A DNA stretch of 64,000 nt from Malacoraja senta (GCA_038087875.1 CM075991.1:4340001-4404000); one strand, 5' to 3'; positions 12,496 through 25,370 are shown, counted from the first letter of the stretch. Numbers and translations: made by a program. Notes: generated from the letters alone by a model not told the origin.

Positions 12496-12846
12496 CAGGG
12501 ATGGGGAACCTGCGGCCTTCTAGGCCATTAAGTGCAGCATTTTGAATTAATCCAAATTTTGTAGAACAAATCCTTTTATTTTTAATATGTTTTTGTTCGT
12601 CTTTTATTATTTTTATTTTAATCTTAAAATGAACGTATTTAAAATACCAAAGAGTAAAAGAAGATTCAATGAAATAATCCTCCCCGACTGACGGCCACAA
12701 TTAAAACATTAGTAAGTCATGAGGGCTATTTTAACAAAATAATGTACATTTTGAAGTATATCTAGTTGAAGTTTCTTGGATGCGGCCTTATTAGATTACA
12801 GCTAACTTAATGCGGCATTCCAACATGAAAAGGTTTCCCACCCCTG
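12496..12846. mobile_element. hAT (Charlie-like) non-autonomous DNA transposon
   Basis: TIR CAGGGATGGGGAACCT / CAGGGGTGGGAAACCT; 8-bp TSD GTCTAAAG at 12488-12495 and 12847-12854. Confidence 0.88.
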
Positions 12847-13303
12847 GTCTAAAGTATCTCTAAAAGTCTAAAGTCATTAACTTCATCTCTGGTTGTTTCC
12901 AGTTCTGGGCGATGTGAAACCAACAGGGAATGACGATTTCACATCAGTTCCCCAGAGTGCTTCCTGATGCATTCCACGCTAACCTCGATACACAGATTTC
13001 CACAGATGGATGAAACATCCCAAGTGCAAAATGTAGAGGATTTGGTTAATGTGAATTAATTTCAATGCAGAACAGTAATAAAACAAACCTTGGAATTGTC
13101 CTCTTCTGGATTCTGTTCTTTGATGGACAAAACCATTCAAGTAAGAATCCAGTACATACATCTTAATATAACCTACTCTGCAGAAATTCTTGTTCGGAAA
13201 TGTGTCAGCTTGGTTTTATTTTGCAATTAGCAATTGAGATAAATCCAATTGTCGAACAGAAGACTGTTCACTTTCCCCAATACAGAATGGGCCACAGAGG
13301 TCT

Positions 13304-13546
13304 GCTGATCTCGGGTGCTGTCTGTGTGGAGTTTGCACATTCTCCTTGTGACCGCGTGGGTTTCCTCCGGGTGCTCTGGTTTCCTCCCACTTCTCAATGA
13401 CGTGTGGGTTTGTTGGCCCTCTGTAAATAGCCCCTAGTGTGTAAGGGTTGGATGAGAAAGTGGGATAACATAGAACTAGTACGAATGGTCGGCTTGGACT
13501 TGATGGGCCGAAGGGACTGTTTCCATGATGTATCTCTAAACTAAAC
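13304..13546 (+). mobile_element. HE1-type V-SINE, 5'-truncated
   Basis: V-domain and CTAAA tail present. Confidence 0.8.
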
Positions 13547-13605
13547 CACCGAAGGAGGCCATTTGGCCCATTGAGTCCATGTGAGTTCCAACATAGCAAT
13601 CCCAT

Positions 13606-13824
13606 CAAAGATAGACACAAAAAGCTGGAGTCACTCAGCAGGTCAGACAGCACCTCTGGAGAAAAGGAATAGATGATGTTTCGGGTCGAGACCCTCCTTC
13701 AGTCTGGAGACCCGAAACGTCACCTAATCCTTTTATCCAGAGATACTGCCTGACCCGCTAATTTACTGCAGCTTTTTATGTCCATCTTCGGTTTAAACCA
13801 GCATCTGCAGTTCCTTCCTACAGA
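13606..13824 (+). mobile_element. Fold-back Penelope mini-element
   Basis: Inverted terminal halves; 11-bp TSD AGCAATCCCAT at 13595-13605 and 13825-13835. Confidence 0.8.
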
Positions 13825-13876
13825 AGCAATCCCATGAACCGCATTCCTTTTTATTTCCCTGGAACCTGCAACCTAT

Positions 13877-14650
13877 TCATAAGATCATAAGTAACAGGGA
13901 TAAAATTAGGCCATTCGGCCCATCAAGTCTACTCCACCATTCAATCATAGCTGATCTATCTCTCCCTCCCAACCCCATTCTCCGGCCTTCTCCCCATATC
14001 CTCTGACACCCAAACTAATCAAGAATCTATATATCTCTGCCTTAAAAATATCCACTGACTTGGCCTCCCCACCCTTCTGTGGCAAAGAATTCCACAGATT
14101 CACCACCCTCTGACTAAATACATTTCTCCTCATCTCCTTCCTAAAAGAACGTCCATTAATTCTGAGGCTCTGACCTCTAGTCCGAGACTCTCCCACTCGT
14201 GGAAACATTCTCTCTTGTCCATCCACTACATAGATACATAGATACATAGAAAATAGGCGCAGGAGTAGGCCATTCGGCCCTTCGAGCCTGCACCGCCATT
14301 CAATATGATCATGGCTGATCATCCAACTCAGTATCCCATACCTGCCTTCTCTCCATACCCCCTGATCCCCTTAGCCACAAGGGCCACATCTAACTCCCTC
14401 TTAAATATAGCTAATGAACTGGCCTCAACTACCCTCTGTGGCAGAGAGTTCCATAGATTCACCACTCTCTGTGTGAAAACGTTTTTCCTCATCTCGGTCT
14501 TAAAGGATTTCCCCTTTATCCTTAAGCTGTGACCCCTTGTCCTGGACTTCCCCAACATCGGGAACAATCTTCCTGCATCTAGCCTGTCCAACCCCATAAG
14601 AATTTTGTACGTTTCTATAAGATCCCCTCTCAATCTCCTAAATTCTAGCG
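13877..14650 (-). mobile_element. Two adjacent CR1 3' fragments of different subfamilies (~13877-14228, ~14229-14650)
   Basis: ORF track FPRVGESRTRGQSLRI...QRVVNLWNSLP and RGDLIETYKI...GYGEKAG; each has its own tail. Confidence 0.9.
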
Positions 14651-15148
14651 ATTCTACTTTCCCTTGTAAAAGTCAGTTAACCTACCAGAACATCCCTGGG
14701 ATGTGGAAGGAAACGAGAGGAGCTGGGGAAACGCACACCTTCACAGCAAGTGTGTTCAATCTCCCCTGCATGCAGCCATGAGGTCAAGTTCACAGGAGGT
14801 GCGAGGCGCAGGCACCACTGCGCCAGTGTGCGTCCCACCAGCATCAGCTTGCCTGAAGGCAGCACGTTCAACGATGCCAAGGGCACAGACTGGCTCTCAA
14901 GCCAAGTTATCACATTAGACTCAAACACCAACGGGTCAAACTCAGCCACCGCCCACTAGGCATAGAATCATAGTCATACAGCACGGATACAGGCCCTTGG
15001 GCCCAACTCGTCCAAGATAGTCCCGTTTGCCCACATTTACCCCATATGCTAAATCTTCCCTAACCACGTACCTGTCCAAAATGTCTTTTAAATGTTATAA
15101 CACCGGCCTTAATATAGGTAGGTATATCTCCTCTGGCTGCTCGTTTGA

Positions 15149-15430
15149 GGGTGGCTCAGTGGCGCAGCGGTAAAGCTGCTCCCTCACTGCGCCAGAAACC
15201 CAGATTCGATGCTGACTACGGGTGCTGTCTGTACGGAGTTTGCACCATCTCCCTGTGACCGCGTGGGTTTTCTCCGGCTGCTGCGGTTTCCTCGCACATT
15301 CCAAAGACGCGCAGGCTTCTAGTTCAATTTTATAACTTGTCCCTAGTGTGTAGGTTAGAAGTGGTGCACAGGTGATCACTGGTCGGCGCATAACCCGCAA
15401 AGGGCCTGTTTTCATGCTGTCTCTCTAAAC
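15149..15430 (+). mobile_element. HE1-type V-SINE
   Basis: Head, V-domain and tail recognisable. Confidence 0.85.
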
Positions 15431-15581
15431 GACATGCCCACCAACCTCTGAGTGAAAAAGTCGCCAGTCCGATTCCTATTCAATCTTACCCCTCTCACCT
15501 TAATACCAGAGATCGATGAGGCCATGATGTGATGTCAACCTAGGAGGGTCAAAGCTGAGATCCCATCAATATTGAGACCCT

Positions 15582-15704
15582 AGGTACACAAAAATGCTGG
15601 AGAAACTCAGCGGGTGCAGCAGCATAGATGCTGCTGCACCCGCTGAGTTTCTCCAGCATTTCTGTGTACCTTCGATTTTCCAGCATCTGCAGTTCCTTCT
15701 TTAA
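15582..15704 (+). mobile_element. Fold-back Penelope mini-element, 123 bp
   Basis: ~40-bp near-perfect hairpin plus 3' extension; 15-bp TSD CAATATTGAGACCCT at 15567-15581 and 15705-15719. Confidence 0.85.
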
Positions 15705-16659
15705 CAATATTGAGACCCTGCCTGGACATAGCATGGCGAAAGCATGCCTGGCGTTTCTGTTTGCTGTGATAACGTGGGTGCACATTGTGCATGAGAGCTC
15801 AACTAACCCCATCACCGACTAGTCCGCACCAATGGTTCTCCTGTCCCAGACACACGATGCTGGGGTAACTCAGCAGGTCAGGCAGCATCTCTGGAGAAAG
15901 GGGAATGGGTGACGTTTCGGGTCGAGATCCTTCGTTTTAGTTTAAATTAATATAGCACGGAAACAGGCCCTTCGGCACACCGTGTCCGCACAGGCAGCCG
16001 ATCCCCGCACAGTGACACAAGCCTACACACACGAGGGACAATTTACAAGCATACAAACCTAAGCCAATTCACCTACAAACCTGTACGTCTTTGGAGTACA
16101 AAGGCGGAACCCCTTCTTCAGTTTAAATCAGCATCTGCGGTCCCTACACATTTTGGGTGCTCCTGTCGAATTGGCTCATAGGGTGGGGATGGGGGAGGGT
16201 GGGGAGGAGAAGAGGGGTTTCTCTTTTCTTATCAAGATGTAAGAAAACCCTCAAAGCCATGATCAGGCTGTTTTCTCTGTGAACTTCTGCTTTGATTAAA
16301 ATATTCTGTTGCATTATTGTTCGCCAGTTCGGACAGCAGGCTTGTGATGGCTGGAGCCATTGATCAGGGGGTTTGATCCCTTTGGTCCTGCATCTCACCA
16401 TCTCCCCCCCCTGCCGTTGACGTCCTGGATCTGAATACAAATCACTGTTGTTCGAAGATCAGCGGTGGGGGGAGGAGGCTAAGTCACCGCACCTCTCTCT
16501 CCACGCACAGCTTCCGCGACGTGAATATAGATGGCTGCCCCCCTATGGGAAATGCGATGAGTCAGCATTGCGAATGAAGACAACCGCCAATGAAGATGTC
16601 AAAGCAGCTCATGCAGCAAGATGGCAGCATCTAAACAGGCAGGGGATGCAGGTGTAGAG

Positions 16660-17245
16660 TGCATGTGGTGTGTGTGTGTATGTGTGAGCATCTCTATGTG
16701 TGTGTGTATGTGTGTGAGTGTATGAGTGTGTGTATGTGTGAGCGTCTGTATGTGTCTGTGTTGTATGTGGGTGTATGAGTGTGTGTGTTTATGTGTAAAT
16801 GTGTGAGCGTCTGTATGTGTCTGTGTGTGATTGTATGAGTGTGTGTGTGTGTGTGTTTGTGAGTATATGTGTGAGCATCTGTGTGTGTGTGTGTGTGTTT
16901 GTGAGTATATGTGTGTGAATCTGTATGTCTGTAATTGTATGAGTGTGTGTGCGCGTGTGTATATGTGTGACCATCTGTATGTGTCTGTGTGTGAGTGTGT
17001 GAGTGTGTGTGTGTTTGTGAGTATATGTGTGAGCATCTGTGTGTGTGTGTGTGTGTGTGTTTGTGAGTATATGTGTGTGAATCTGTATGTGTCTGTAAGT
17101 GTATGAGTGTGTGTGTATATGTGTGACCATCTGTATGTGTCTGTGTGTGAGTGTATGAGCGTGTGTGTGAGTGTGTGAGTATATGTGTGAGCATCCGTGT
17201 GTGAGTGTATGAGCGTGTGCATGTGAGTGTGTGTGTATGAGTATA
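16660..17245. repeat. Degenerate (GT)n-rich array with longer repeated units
   Basis: Recurrent gtgtttgtgagtatatgtgtgagcatctgt blocks. Confidence 0.9.
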
Positions 17246-17249
17246 ATCC

Positions 17250-17490
17250 TTCACATTAACACTAAGTTACACACACTAGCAACAATTTACATTCATACCA
17301 AGCCAATTAACCTGCCATCCTGTACGTCTTTGGAGTGTGGGAGGAAACCGAAGATCTCGGAGAAAACCCATGTAGTCACGGGGAGCCCGTATAAACTCCG
17401 TCCAGACAGCACCCGTAATCAGGATCGAACCCGGGTCTCCGGCGCTGGAAACGCTGCAAGGCAGCGACTCTACTGCTGCGCCACCGTGCC
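17250..17490 (-). mobile_element. HE1-type V-SINE (tail missing)
   Basis: Reverse-complement head and V-domain. Confidence 0.85.
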
Positions 17491-17809
17491 ACTGCTATGA
17501 GGGAGGGGGGGGGGAGGGGCAAGGTGGACCTGGCATAACTATGTCAATGCCCTTTACATGTCGACTATTGCATACCTTGGGTACACAAGCAAAGAATTTC
17601 AACGTGACTTGTCACGTGACAATAAAGTATTCAATTTAATTCCATAGTTTCGAACTGTATCCTTCATTTGAATGCCTCTTAATTATAGTAATTGGAAAAT
17701 TATTCACCGCCTCCTCTGACAGTGCATCCTGGTCTCAACGACACTGTGTAAATACTCACCCATCAGATCCCCTTTAAAACTCTCACCTCTCTCCTTAAAT
17801 CTGTGCCTT

Positions 17810-18060
17810 CTTTAGTCAGAAGGTGGTGAACCTGTGAAATTCATTGCCACTGCTGGCTGTGGAGGCCAGGTCATTGGGTATTTTTAGGGCAGTGATAGAT
17901 ATATTATTGATTTGTTTGGGTGTCTGGGGTTATGGGGAGAAGGCAGGAGAATGGGGTTGAGAGGGAGAGATAGATCAGCCATGATTGAGTGGCGGAGTCA
18001 ATTCGATGGGCCGAATGGCCTAATTCTACTCCTATGACTTATGAATTCATGAACTTATGT
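17810..18060 (+). mobile_element. CR1 3' fragment
   Basis: GGTGGTGAACCTGTGAAATTCATTGCC...GGGCCGAATGGCCTAATTC tail. Confidence 0.8.
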
Positions 18061-18472
18061 CCTCTGTTTTTAATAGCCCTGCCATGGGAAAAGCAATTTT
18101 GATTATCTACCTTATGCTACTCAAAATGTTATTGTCTTCCATCAGGTCACCTCTCAACCTCCTCTCCACGGTAAACAAGCCCAATTAATTTAAGATAGAC
18201 ACAAAATGCTGGAGTAACTCAGCGGGACTCTTAAAAATAGCTGCCTTGCAGCGCTTACAGCGCCAGAGACCCGGGTTCGATCCCGACTACAGGTGCTGTC
18301 TGAGAGAGTGAGATTTAGCTCTTAGGGCTAATGGAATCAAGGGATATGGGGAGAAAGCAGGAACGGGGTATTGAACTCATATGATCAGCCATGATCATAT
18401 TGAATGGTGGTGCTGGCTCGAAGGGCCGAATGGCCTACTCCTGCACCTATTGTCTATTGTCTATTGTCTATT

Positions 18473-18970
18473 GACAGGCAGCATCTCTGGATTGAAGGAA
18501 TGGGTGATGTTTCAGGCCGAGGCCCTTCTTCAGACTGAGAGTCAGGAGAAAGGGAGACACAGAGATAAGGAAGGGTAAGGTGTGAAAACGAGACATCAAA
18601 AGAGATGCAGATCAAGGGAGATGTAGAATAGATCATTGTTAGCTAAAATAAGGCGACAACGAAGCAAACAGAGATAAAATGTGATCAGGGTGACAGTAAG
18701 ACTGGTGGAAGAACTGGGAAGGGGAAGGGGTGGAGAGAGAGGGAAATCAAGGATTACCAAGTTAGAGAAGTTAATATTCCTACCACAGGGGTGTAAGCTG
18801 CCCAAGCGAAATATGAGGTGCTGTTCCTCCAATTTGTGCTGGACCTCACTTTGACAGTGGAGGAGGCCCAGGACAGAAAGGTCAGTGTGGGAATGGGAGG
18901 GGGAGTTAAAGTGTTTCGCAACCGGGAGATCATATAGGTCTAGGCAGACTGAGTGGAGATGTTCAGCCAT
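18473..18970 (-). mobile_element. Penelope-like element 3' part (GIY-YIG C-terminus, UTR, hammerhead-type motif)
   Basis: AEHLHSV...LPVAKHFNSPSHSHTDLSVLGLLHC...KLEEQHLIFRLGSLHP.G.N; CTGAAGAAGGGCCTCGGCCTGAAACATC at ~18505-18535. Confidence 0.85.
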
Positions 18971-19959
18971 TTAATTTAATCTCTCTCCAACTCAAGTCCT
19001 CTAATTGAGGCACCATTCTGGTGAATATCTTCTGCTGTCTCTTCTTGCCTAAGGATTGGGAGTGGGGTTAATGAAGTTATTCAGGCTGGTTTCTTCAGAA
19101 AAGTTGCAGCGAATTCCAGGAATTCAGCTCTTGGGCCCATGGAGGATAATTACACACAAATTATGCTCATAAATTCACCGTCAGTTGCTTACAGTAGTGC
19201 TTTCATGGGGGTGGATTTATTAGAAGATAAGCTCTCCTGCACAGCGGGCTTGGATGATCTGAGACTATTGTCTGAAGGTACGGGGGAGCAGATTCAATCA
19301 GAGCCTTTACAAAAGAATTGGTTATATAATTAAGGGGAAAGAATTAGCATCACACTGGCAAAATAGCCAGTAAATGGGACTCGCTCAGCAAAAAAAACCA
19401 CCATTTTTTTTTTGCTGCTCTGACCAATAATCTGATTTCCTGTTGTTCATATTGGGACACAAAGTGCTGGAGTAACTCAACGGGTCAGGCAGCTTCTCTG
19501 GAGAACACGGATGGATATTTCGGGTTGGGACCATTCTTCTGGGGATGGTCAGCCATGATCACATTGAATGGCGGTGCTGGCTCGAAGGGCCAAATGGCCT
19601 GCTCCTGCACCTATTGTCTATTGTCTATTCAGAGTCAATGTACTCCAGAGATGTGTCGGAAGGAACTGCAGATGCTGGTTTACGCCGAAGATAGACACAG
19701 TGATGCTGCCTGATCCGCTGAGTCACTCCAGCACTTTGTGTCCTTTTGTGCATTAACCAGCATCTGCAGTTCCTTGTTTCTACATCAGAGCAGATCTGTG
19801 TGGAGTTTCTAAGGGACTCCCGGAAATGGATCACAGTCAAAAGCTGGAGGCTATTCGGTTCCTTAAGCTTGCTCTGTCTTCAGTTGGAGCCTGATCTGAG
19901 CTACATCCCAACTGTGTCCATCCATGTTTACTCTACAACCACTACACATCTACATGATG

Positions 19960-20240
19960 GTTGCGCCTTACAGAGCTTGCAGTGCCGATGACCCAGGTTC
20001 GATCCCGACTATGGGTGCTGTCTGCACGGAGTTTGTATGTTCTCCCCGTGACCTGTGTGGGTTTTCTTTGGTTTCCTCCCACACTCACAAGACATACAGG
20101 TGTGTAGGTTAATTGGCTTGCCATCAATGTAAATTGTCCCCAGTGTGTCCCAAGTAGGAGGGTGTTAGTGTGCGGGGGTCGCTGGTCGGTGCAGACTCGG
20201 TGGGCTGAAGGGCCTGTTTCCGCGCTGTATCACTCTATGA
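19960..20240 (+). mobile_element. HE1-type V-SINE (duplicated anticodon-region variant)
   Basis: CCTTACAGAGCTTGCAGTGCC..GGTTCGATCC, V-domain, tail. Confidence 0.82.
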
Positions 20241-20943
20241 CACCCACCATCCATGGCCTTGGGCCATGGGTTGTGGGGCTGGGTCGGGCTCCTGATCTCG
20301 GTCGAGTCACAGGCCAAGGGAGGTCACAGCCAGCTTAAATAAAGACCGGCGCACAGGAAAGAGGGGGTGCACTTCTCAAGTCTTCTTGATCTTGAAGGAA
20401 AGACATTAAAACCCCAGTGAGGACACAGAATGCCTCGCTGCGCAGGGACGCATTATTCTGCGCAGATTTACAAAATACTGCAGAAATGTCTCTCCGCACC
20501 TGGTCATCCCCCATTATCAAGGCTGAAGCAGCGTGACAGCAGTGACTGGATTATTTGCTCAATGTGAACTGAAATTATTGCAGCGCTGCAGACCATTTAT
20601 CTTTCCAGGGCGTCTAATTTAATTGGACATATTCCAAAAATGCTTTCAGTGCATTTGACTTACTGTCTAACTACAGAATCCAATCAGTCTCTGTAATGCC
20701 CTTGTGAGGTTTGCTGCAGATCAATGTAAAATAATGATTTGGAGACAATCTCTTTATTAATCTGAGTTTTTTTAGAATATTTCTTCCCTAAATGTTTCTT
20801 TCTGATGTCTCTCTTCGCCAGCACCTTTCCAGAGTTTTTATCTTTCATTTGTACTCTTATCTCTTATCTGTTCAACCAATACTCTTGGCCGGCTGGCATC
20901 TCCTGGTGCCCTTGAGAAGGCCTGTCTTCTTCTGGACAGATAG

Positions 20944-21222
20944 GACGGCACGGTGGCGCAGTGGTGGAGTTGCTGCCTCACAGCGCCAGAGATCCGGGTT
21001 TGATTCTGACTGCGGGTGCTGTCTGTACGGAGTTTGCACGTTCTCCCTGTGACCGTGTGGGTTTTCTCCGAGTGCTCTGGTTTCCTCCCACATTCCAAAG
21101 ACGTAAAGGATTGTAGGTTAATTGGCTTCTGCAAATTGGCCCAAGCCTAGTGTGAATTGGTGGTTGTGGTTGGCATGGACTTAATGGGCCGAAGGGCATG
21201 TTTCAACGCTGTATCTCAAAAT
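20944..21222 (+). mobile_element. HE1-type V-SINE
   Basis: Head, V-domain, tail. Confidence 0.87.
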
Positions 21223-21605
21223 AAAAGATACTGCTCTCACAATACCTGGACTTTGATTCAGCAAAGGGAAAGGAACTAGCTTTTGTGTCCATGTCTGCTT
21301 GGTGGTGGGATGAAATCTTCAATTCCAAATTTCCAATAATGAACAGATAATGCTCAGAATATTAGGTCATAAGGTCATAAGGAATAGGAGTAGAATTAGG
21401 TCATTCGGCCCATCAAGTCTACTGTGCCATTCAATCATGGCTGATCTATCTCTCCCTCCTAACCCCATTCTCCTGCCTTCTCCCCATAACCCTGTTAGGA
21501 ATGCATTAGCCTGAGCCTCTATTTTCCCTAGAACAACCCTCGGCACCTCTGATCAAGTATGGATCACATGTCCTAATGCCTCACTGTTGCTCTGACCTTA
21601 AAGCA

Positions 21606-21606
<1 letters not shown>

Positions 21607-21672
<66 letters not shown>
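21607..21672. repeat. (TA)n microsatellite
   Basis: Direct reading. Confidence 0.97.
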
Positions 21673-21675
<3 letters not shown>

Positions 21676-21915
21676 AATGGGATTGATGATACTGCAGCAA
21701 AAGCTGTTTCATGTTTCAAATCAAATTAGTGTGTTTAGGATCACCCTGGGTTTTAGGATATCTGTAGAATCTCACAGAGCTAATGAAAATATTGTCTGCG
21801 GTCAGTACCATGCATGGGCAAAACAAACTAGGCACAAGAGACTGCTGATGATTAAATCTGTGGCAATAAAAGGAGGGCAGCTGAAGAAACTCAGCGGGTC
21901 AGACAACATCTGCGG

Positions 21916-22222
21916 AGGGCAGCACGACAGTAGAGTTGCTGCCTTACAGTGCCAGAGACCCAGGTTCGATCCTGACTAAGGGTGATTGTTTGTATAGAGT
22001 TTGTATGTTCTCTGGGTGACCTGCGTGGGTTTTCTCCGGAACCTCCACTTTCCTCCCACACTCCAAAGACATACAGGGTTGTAGGTTAATTGGCTTCGGT
22101 AAAATTGTAAATTGTCCTTAGTGTGTGTAGGATAGTGTCAATGCGCAGGGAACGCTGGTCAGCGTGGACTCGTTTGGCCAAAGGGCCTGTTTCCCCGCTA
22201 TATCTCTAAACTAAACTAAACA
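21916..22222 (+). mobile_element. HE1-type V-SINE nested in a Penelope terminal fragment
   Basis: Flanks ...CTCAGCGGGTCAGACAACATCTG / ...GACGTTTCAGGTCGAGACCC are contiguous in the Penelope unit. Confidence 0.8.
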
Positions 22223-22721
22223 AAATTGAGCAGTCGACGTTTCAGGTCGAGACCCTTCATCCAGACTGAAAGAGCAGAGGAGAAATAGCCAGTTTCAAGA
22301 GATGGGAGGCTTGGGGGGGGGGTTGGACAAGAGGCAGCAAATGATGGGTGGATACAGGTGAGGGGGGGCTGTTTGACAGATAGCAATCAGGTGGGGGAGG
22401 GAAGGGTGCAGATAGTAGCAGAGGATTGGGAGGGGATGAGCGGAGAACAAACGGCTGCAGATGCTGTAGTCTGATGGGGAAGGATAGGGAAGAGTGGAAC
22501 TGAATGAGGGGCGGCAGCAGAGGAGGAGTACGGGGGGAAGGGAAGGGATAGGTGAGTATTGGAGGGGCGTGGATCTAGTGCGAGGAGTGCACAGGGGAAG
22601 GGAGAGAGGAGAGAGGACTGTGGGGAGGGGTATGGTGAGAATGATTAGGAAGGAACTGCAGATGCTGGTTTATACCGAAGATAGACACAAAATGCTGGAG
22701 TAGAAGTGTGGCAGTAACTTT

Positions 22722-22940
22722 TATATGCATAGGATGGTGGGTGTATGGAACGAGCTGCCAGTGGAGGTAGTTGAGGCAGGGCCTATCCCAACGTTTAAGA
22801 AACAGTTAGACAGGTACATGGATAGAACAGGTTTGGAGGGATACGGGCAATTGCAGGCAGGTGGGACTACTGTTGATGGGACATGTTGGTCGGTGTGGGC
22901 AAGTTGGGCCTGTTTCCATGCTGTATCACTGTATGACGCT
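22722..22940 (+). mobile_element. CR1 (HER1-like) 3' fragment
   Basis: RMVGVWNELPVEVVEAG...FKKQLDRYM...GLEGYG; tail GGGCCTGTTTCCATGCTGTAT shared with the SINE. Confidence 0.85.
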
Positions 22941-23307
22941 ATGACTTCCTCTGGTTTCCTCTCACATCCCATAGAAGAGCAGATTAGTAGATGAATTGGA
23001 CGCTCCAAATTGCCCTTGGACCAAGTGGCTGGAAGAATGATTTGGAATGTAGAAGGAATGGGTTACCTGGAAAATTTGTGAGGAAATGACGTGGTTTTAA
23101 GAGCTGGCGTGGACCCAATGGGCCGAAGGTCCTAAACTGTTTGTAAATAGTGAAAGGACATCACCAGGAGTGAATGTTTATTCCAGGGATCCAGGACAAG
23201 CTTGAAGACTTTGCAGAGGTTCCTGGAAAATGTTTCCTATTAACTGGGTCCTGGAAGCAAAGTCACTGTTCGCAGAAGATTGGCCTAGAATATTGGTCAA
23301 CGCAGCA

Positions 23308-23617
23308 GGAGAGTTGATTCCTTACGGCGCCAGAGACCCAGGTTCGATCCTGACTACGGGGGCTGTCTGTATGGAGTTTGTATGTTCTCCCTGTGACCGC
23401 ATGGATTTTCTCCGGCTGCTCCTGTTTCCCCCCACATTCCAAAGACGTGCGGGTTTTTAGATTTAACGGGTTCTGTAAATTGTCCCCGGACCGTAGGATA
23501 GAAATAGTGTACGGGGGTGATCGATGGGCTGCACGGACTCGGTTGGCTGAAGGGCCAGTTTCCACGCTGTATCTCTCAACTTAACTGAACAGAAATAACC
23601 TAAACTAAACTAAACTA
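23308..23617 (+). mobile_element. HE1-type V-SINE
   Basis: B box, V-domain, CTAAA tail. Confidence 0.85.
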
Positions 23618-24096
23618 AGGTTGCAACTATTTGTGGGGAAATTCTCAAGAATTATTTATAACGGATCGGGAGAGCTTGCGACCACTAACGGGTGCCAGGG
23701 GTTTATGTGGAGAAGGCAGGAGAATGGGACTAGGATGGAGATATTCGATCAGCCATGATCGAATGGCCGAGTAGACTTGATGGGCCAAATGGCCTAATTC
23801 TGGTCCTATCACTTATGACCTTATAACAGAGGGATCCCAGAATTGCTTCACAGTTTGCAAGGGGTCATGAGAACGTCGCTAGTTACAGTGGACCACAAAA
23901 TGGATTGCTACTTGCAAGCATTGCCCAAGATGTGTAACCATATGCAGGGGGGTCTGCAAGTGTCACCTCTTCCCGGTTAATCCCTGGAAGGCATCACTAA
24001 TTGCAAGAGTCATGGAGGGGGTGACTATTGTCTCTAAATAGACTGCAGCAGCATTGGGTATTGGAAAAATACAAGCATGGAAAACAGTGGGGAGAT

Positions 24097-24787
24097 ATAG
24101 ATACATAGAAAATAGGTGCAGGAGTAGGCCATTCGGCCCTTCGAGCCAACACCACCATTCAATGTGTTCATGGCTGAGCATCCACAATCAGTACCCCGTT
24201 CCTGCCTTCTCCCCATATCCCTTGAAACCTTAGTGCTCCATCTAACTCTCTTTTGAATGCATCCAGTGAGTCGCCCTCCACTGCCGTCTGAGGCAGAAAA
24301 TTCCACAAATTCACAACTCCCTGGGTGAAAAGGTTTTTCCTCATCTCAGTTCTAAATGGCTTACCCCTTATTCTTAAACTGTGGCCCCTGGTTCTGGACT
24401 CCCACAACATCAGGAACATGTTTCCTGCATCTAGCGTGTCCAATCCCTTAATAATTTCATATGTTTCTATGAGATTTCCTCTCATCCTTCTAAATTCCAG
24501 TGCATACAAGCCCAGTCGTTCCATCCTTTCATCATATGACAGTCCTGCCATCCCAGGAATTAACCTCATGAAGCTACGCTGCACTCCCTCAATAGCAAGA
24601 ATATCATTCCACAAATTAGGAGACCAAAACTGCACATAATACTCCAGGTGTGGTCTCACCAGGGCCCTGTACAACTGTAAAAGGGCCTCTTTGCTCCTAT
24701 ACTCAAATCCTCTCATTATGAAGGCCAACATGCCACAAGCTTTCTTCACTGCCCGCTGTACCTGCATGCTTTATTTCAGTGGCTGAT
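24097..24787 (-). mobile_element. CR1 LINE 3' part (continues at 32846-32965 beyond the Gypsy insertion)
   Basis: ORF 24168-24767 QVQRAVKKACGMLAF...LYRALVRPHLEY; sequence resumes ctgatgtacaaggacatccagg after the right LTR. Confidence 0.92.
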
Positions 24788-25370
24788 TGTTACGACTCCC
24801 GAATGCAGGTACTTCAGAGCCGCGTAACATAGTTCAAAAACCAGGTTTAAGTTCAAAAATAGTTTTAATTATTCAATGGAACACAAAACCCAAACCTGAT
24901 TCAAACAACCCAGTCAGGGATATGGATGGACTGACAAACAATTTAACAGTGCTCCAGCCAGCCACGTGATGGACCGTCGAACCAGAGACTCTAAAACCTG
25001 CCTAAAGAGATATAACCCTGAAACAAAATACACGAAAACACTAAGGTCAGCCCTTATCCGTCCCAATTCAATATTTGATAATAAGTAATGGTGAAAGTAC
25101 ACAAAGTTCTATGCCATGTGGCCAGGCCTTCCGCAGCTCACTCCAGCAGTCAGCTCACAAGTCAGGGTCGACAAAGAAGAGAGAGAATTCTGGGAGGTTC
25201 TGGTATTTATGCTTCAGATGAGTCACCCGTCACCTGACGCAGCTTGGCCAATCGGGTACAGGAGCCTTTTAACCCTTTGATTCCAGACTCACATCCACAA
25301 GGCCTGCACTCGGGAGAGAAACAGAGAAAGGTAAGTACATAGCATTCACCAGGGGGGGAAGTGCCTAACA
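24788..25370 (-). repeat. 3' LTR (583 bp)
   Basis: TGTTACG...CCTAACA; differs from the other LTR by about 5 substitutions and 8-bp plus 1-bp indels (counted by eye). Confidence 0.96.

Noticed and set aside
13606..13824. CRISPR-like or DNA-transposon reading of the recurrent palindromic unit
   Set aside because: No regular repeat-spacer array; the unit follows a Penelope GIY-YIG ORF and has variable-length TSDs.
14677..14959. Overlapping short ORFs suggesting an exon
   Set aside because: The left part is a decayed minus-strand SINE; the remainder has no recognisable product.
16599..17254. His/Thr-rich ORFs of 100-270 aa here and at 61170-62271
   Set aside because: Read-through of (CA)/(GT) arrays, open in several frames.
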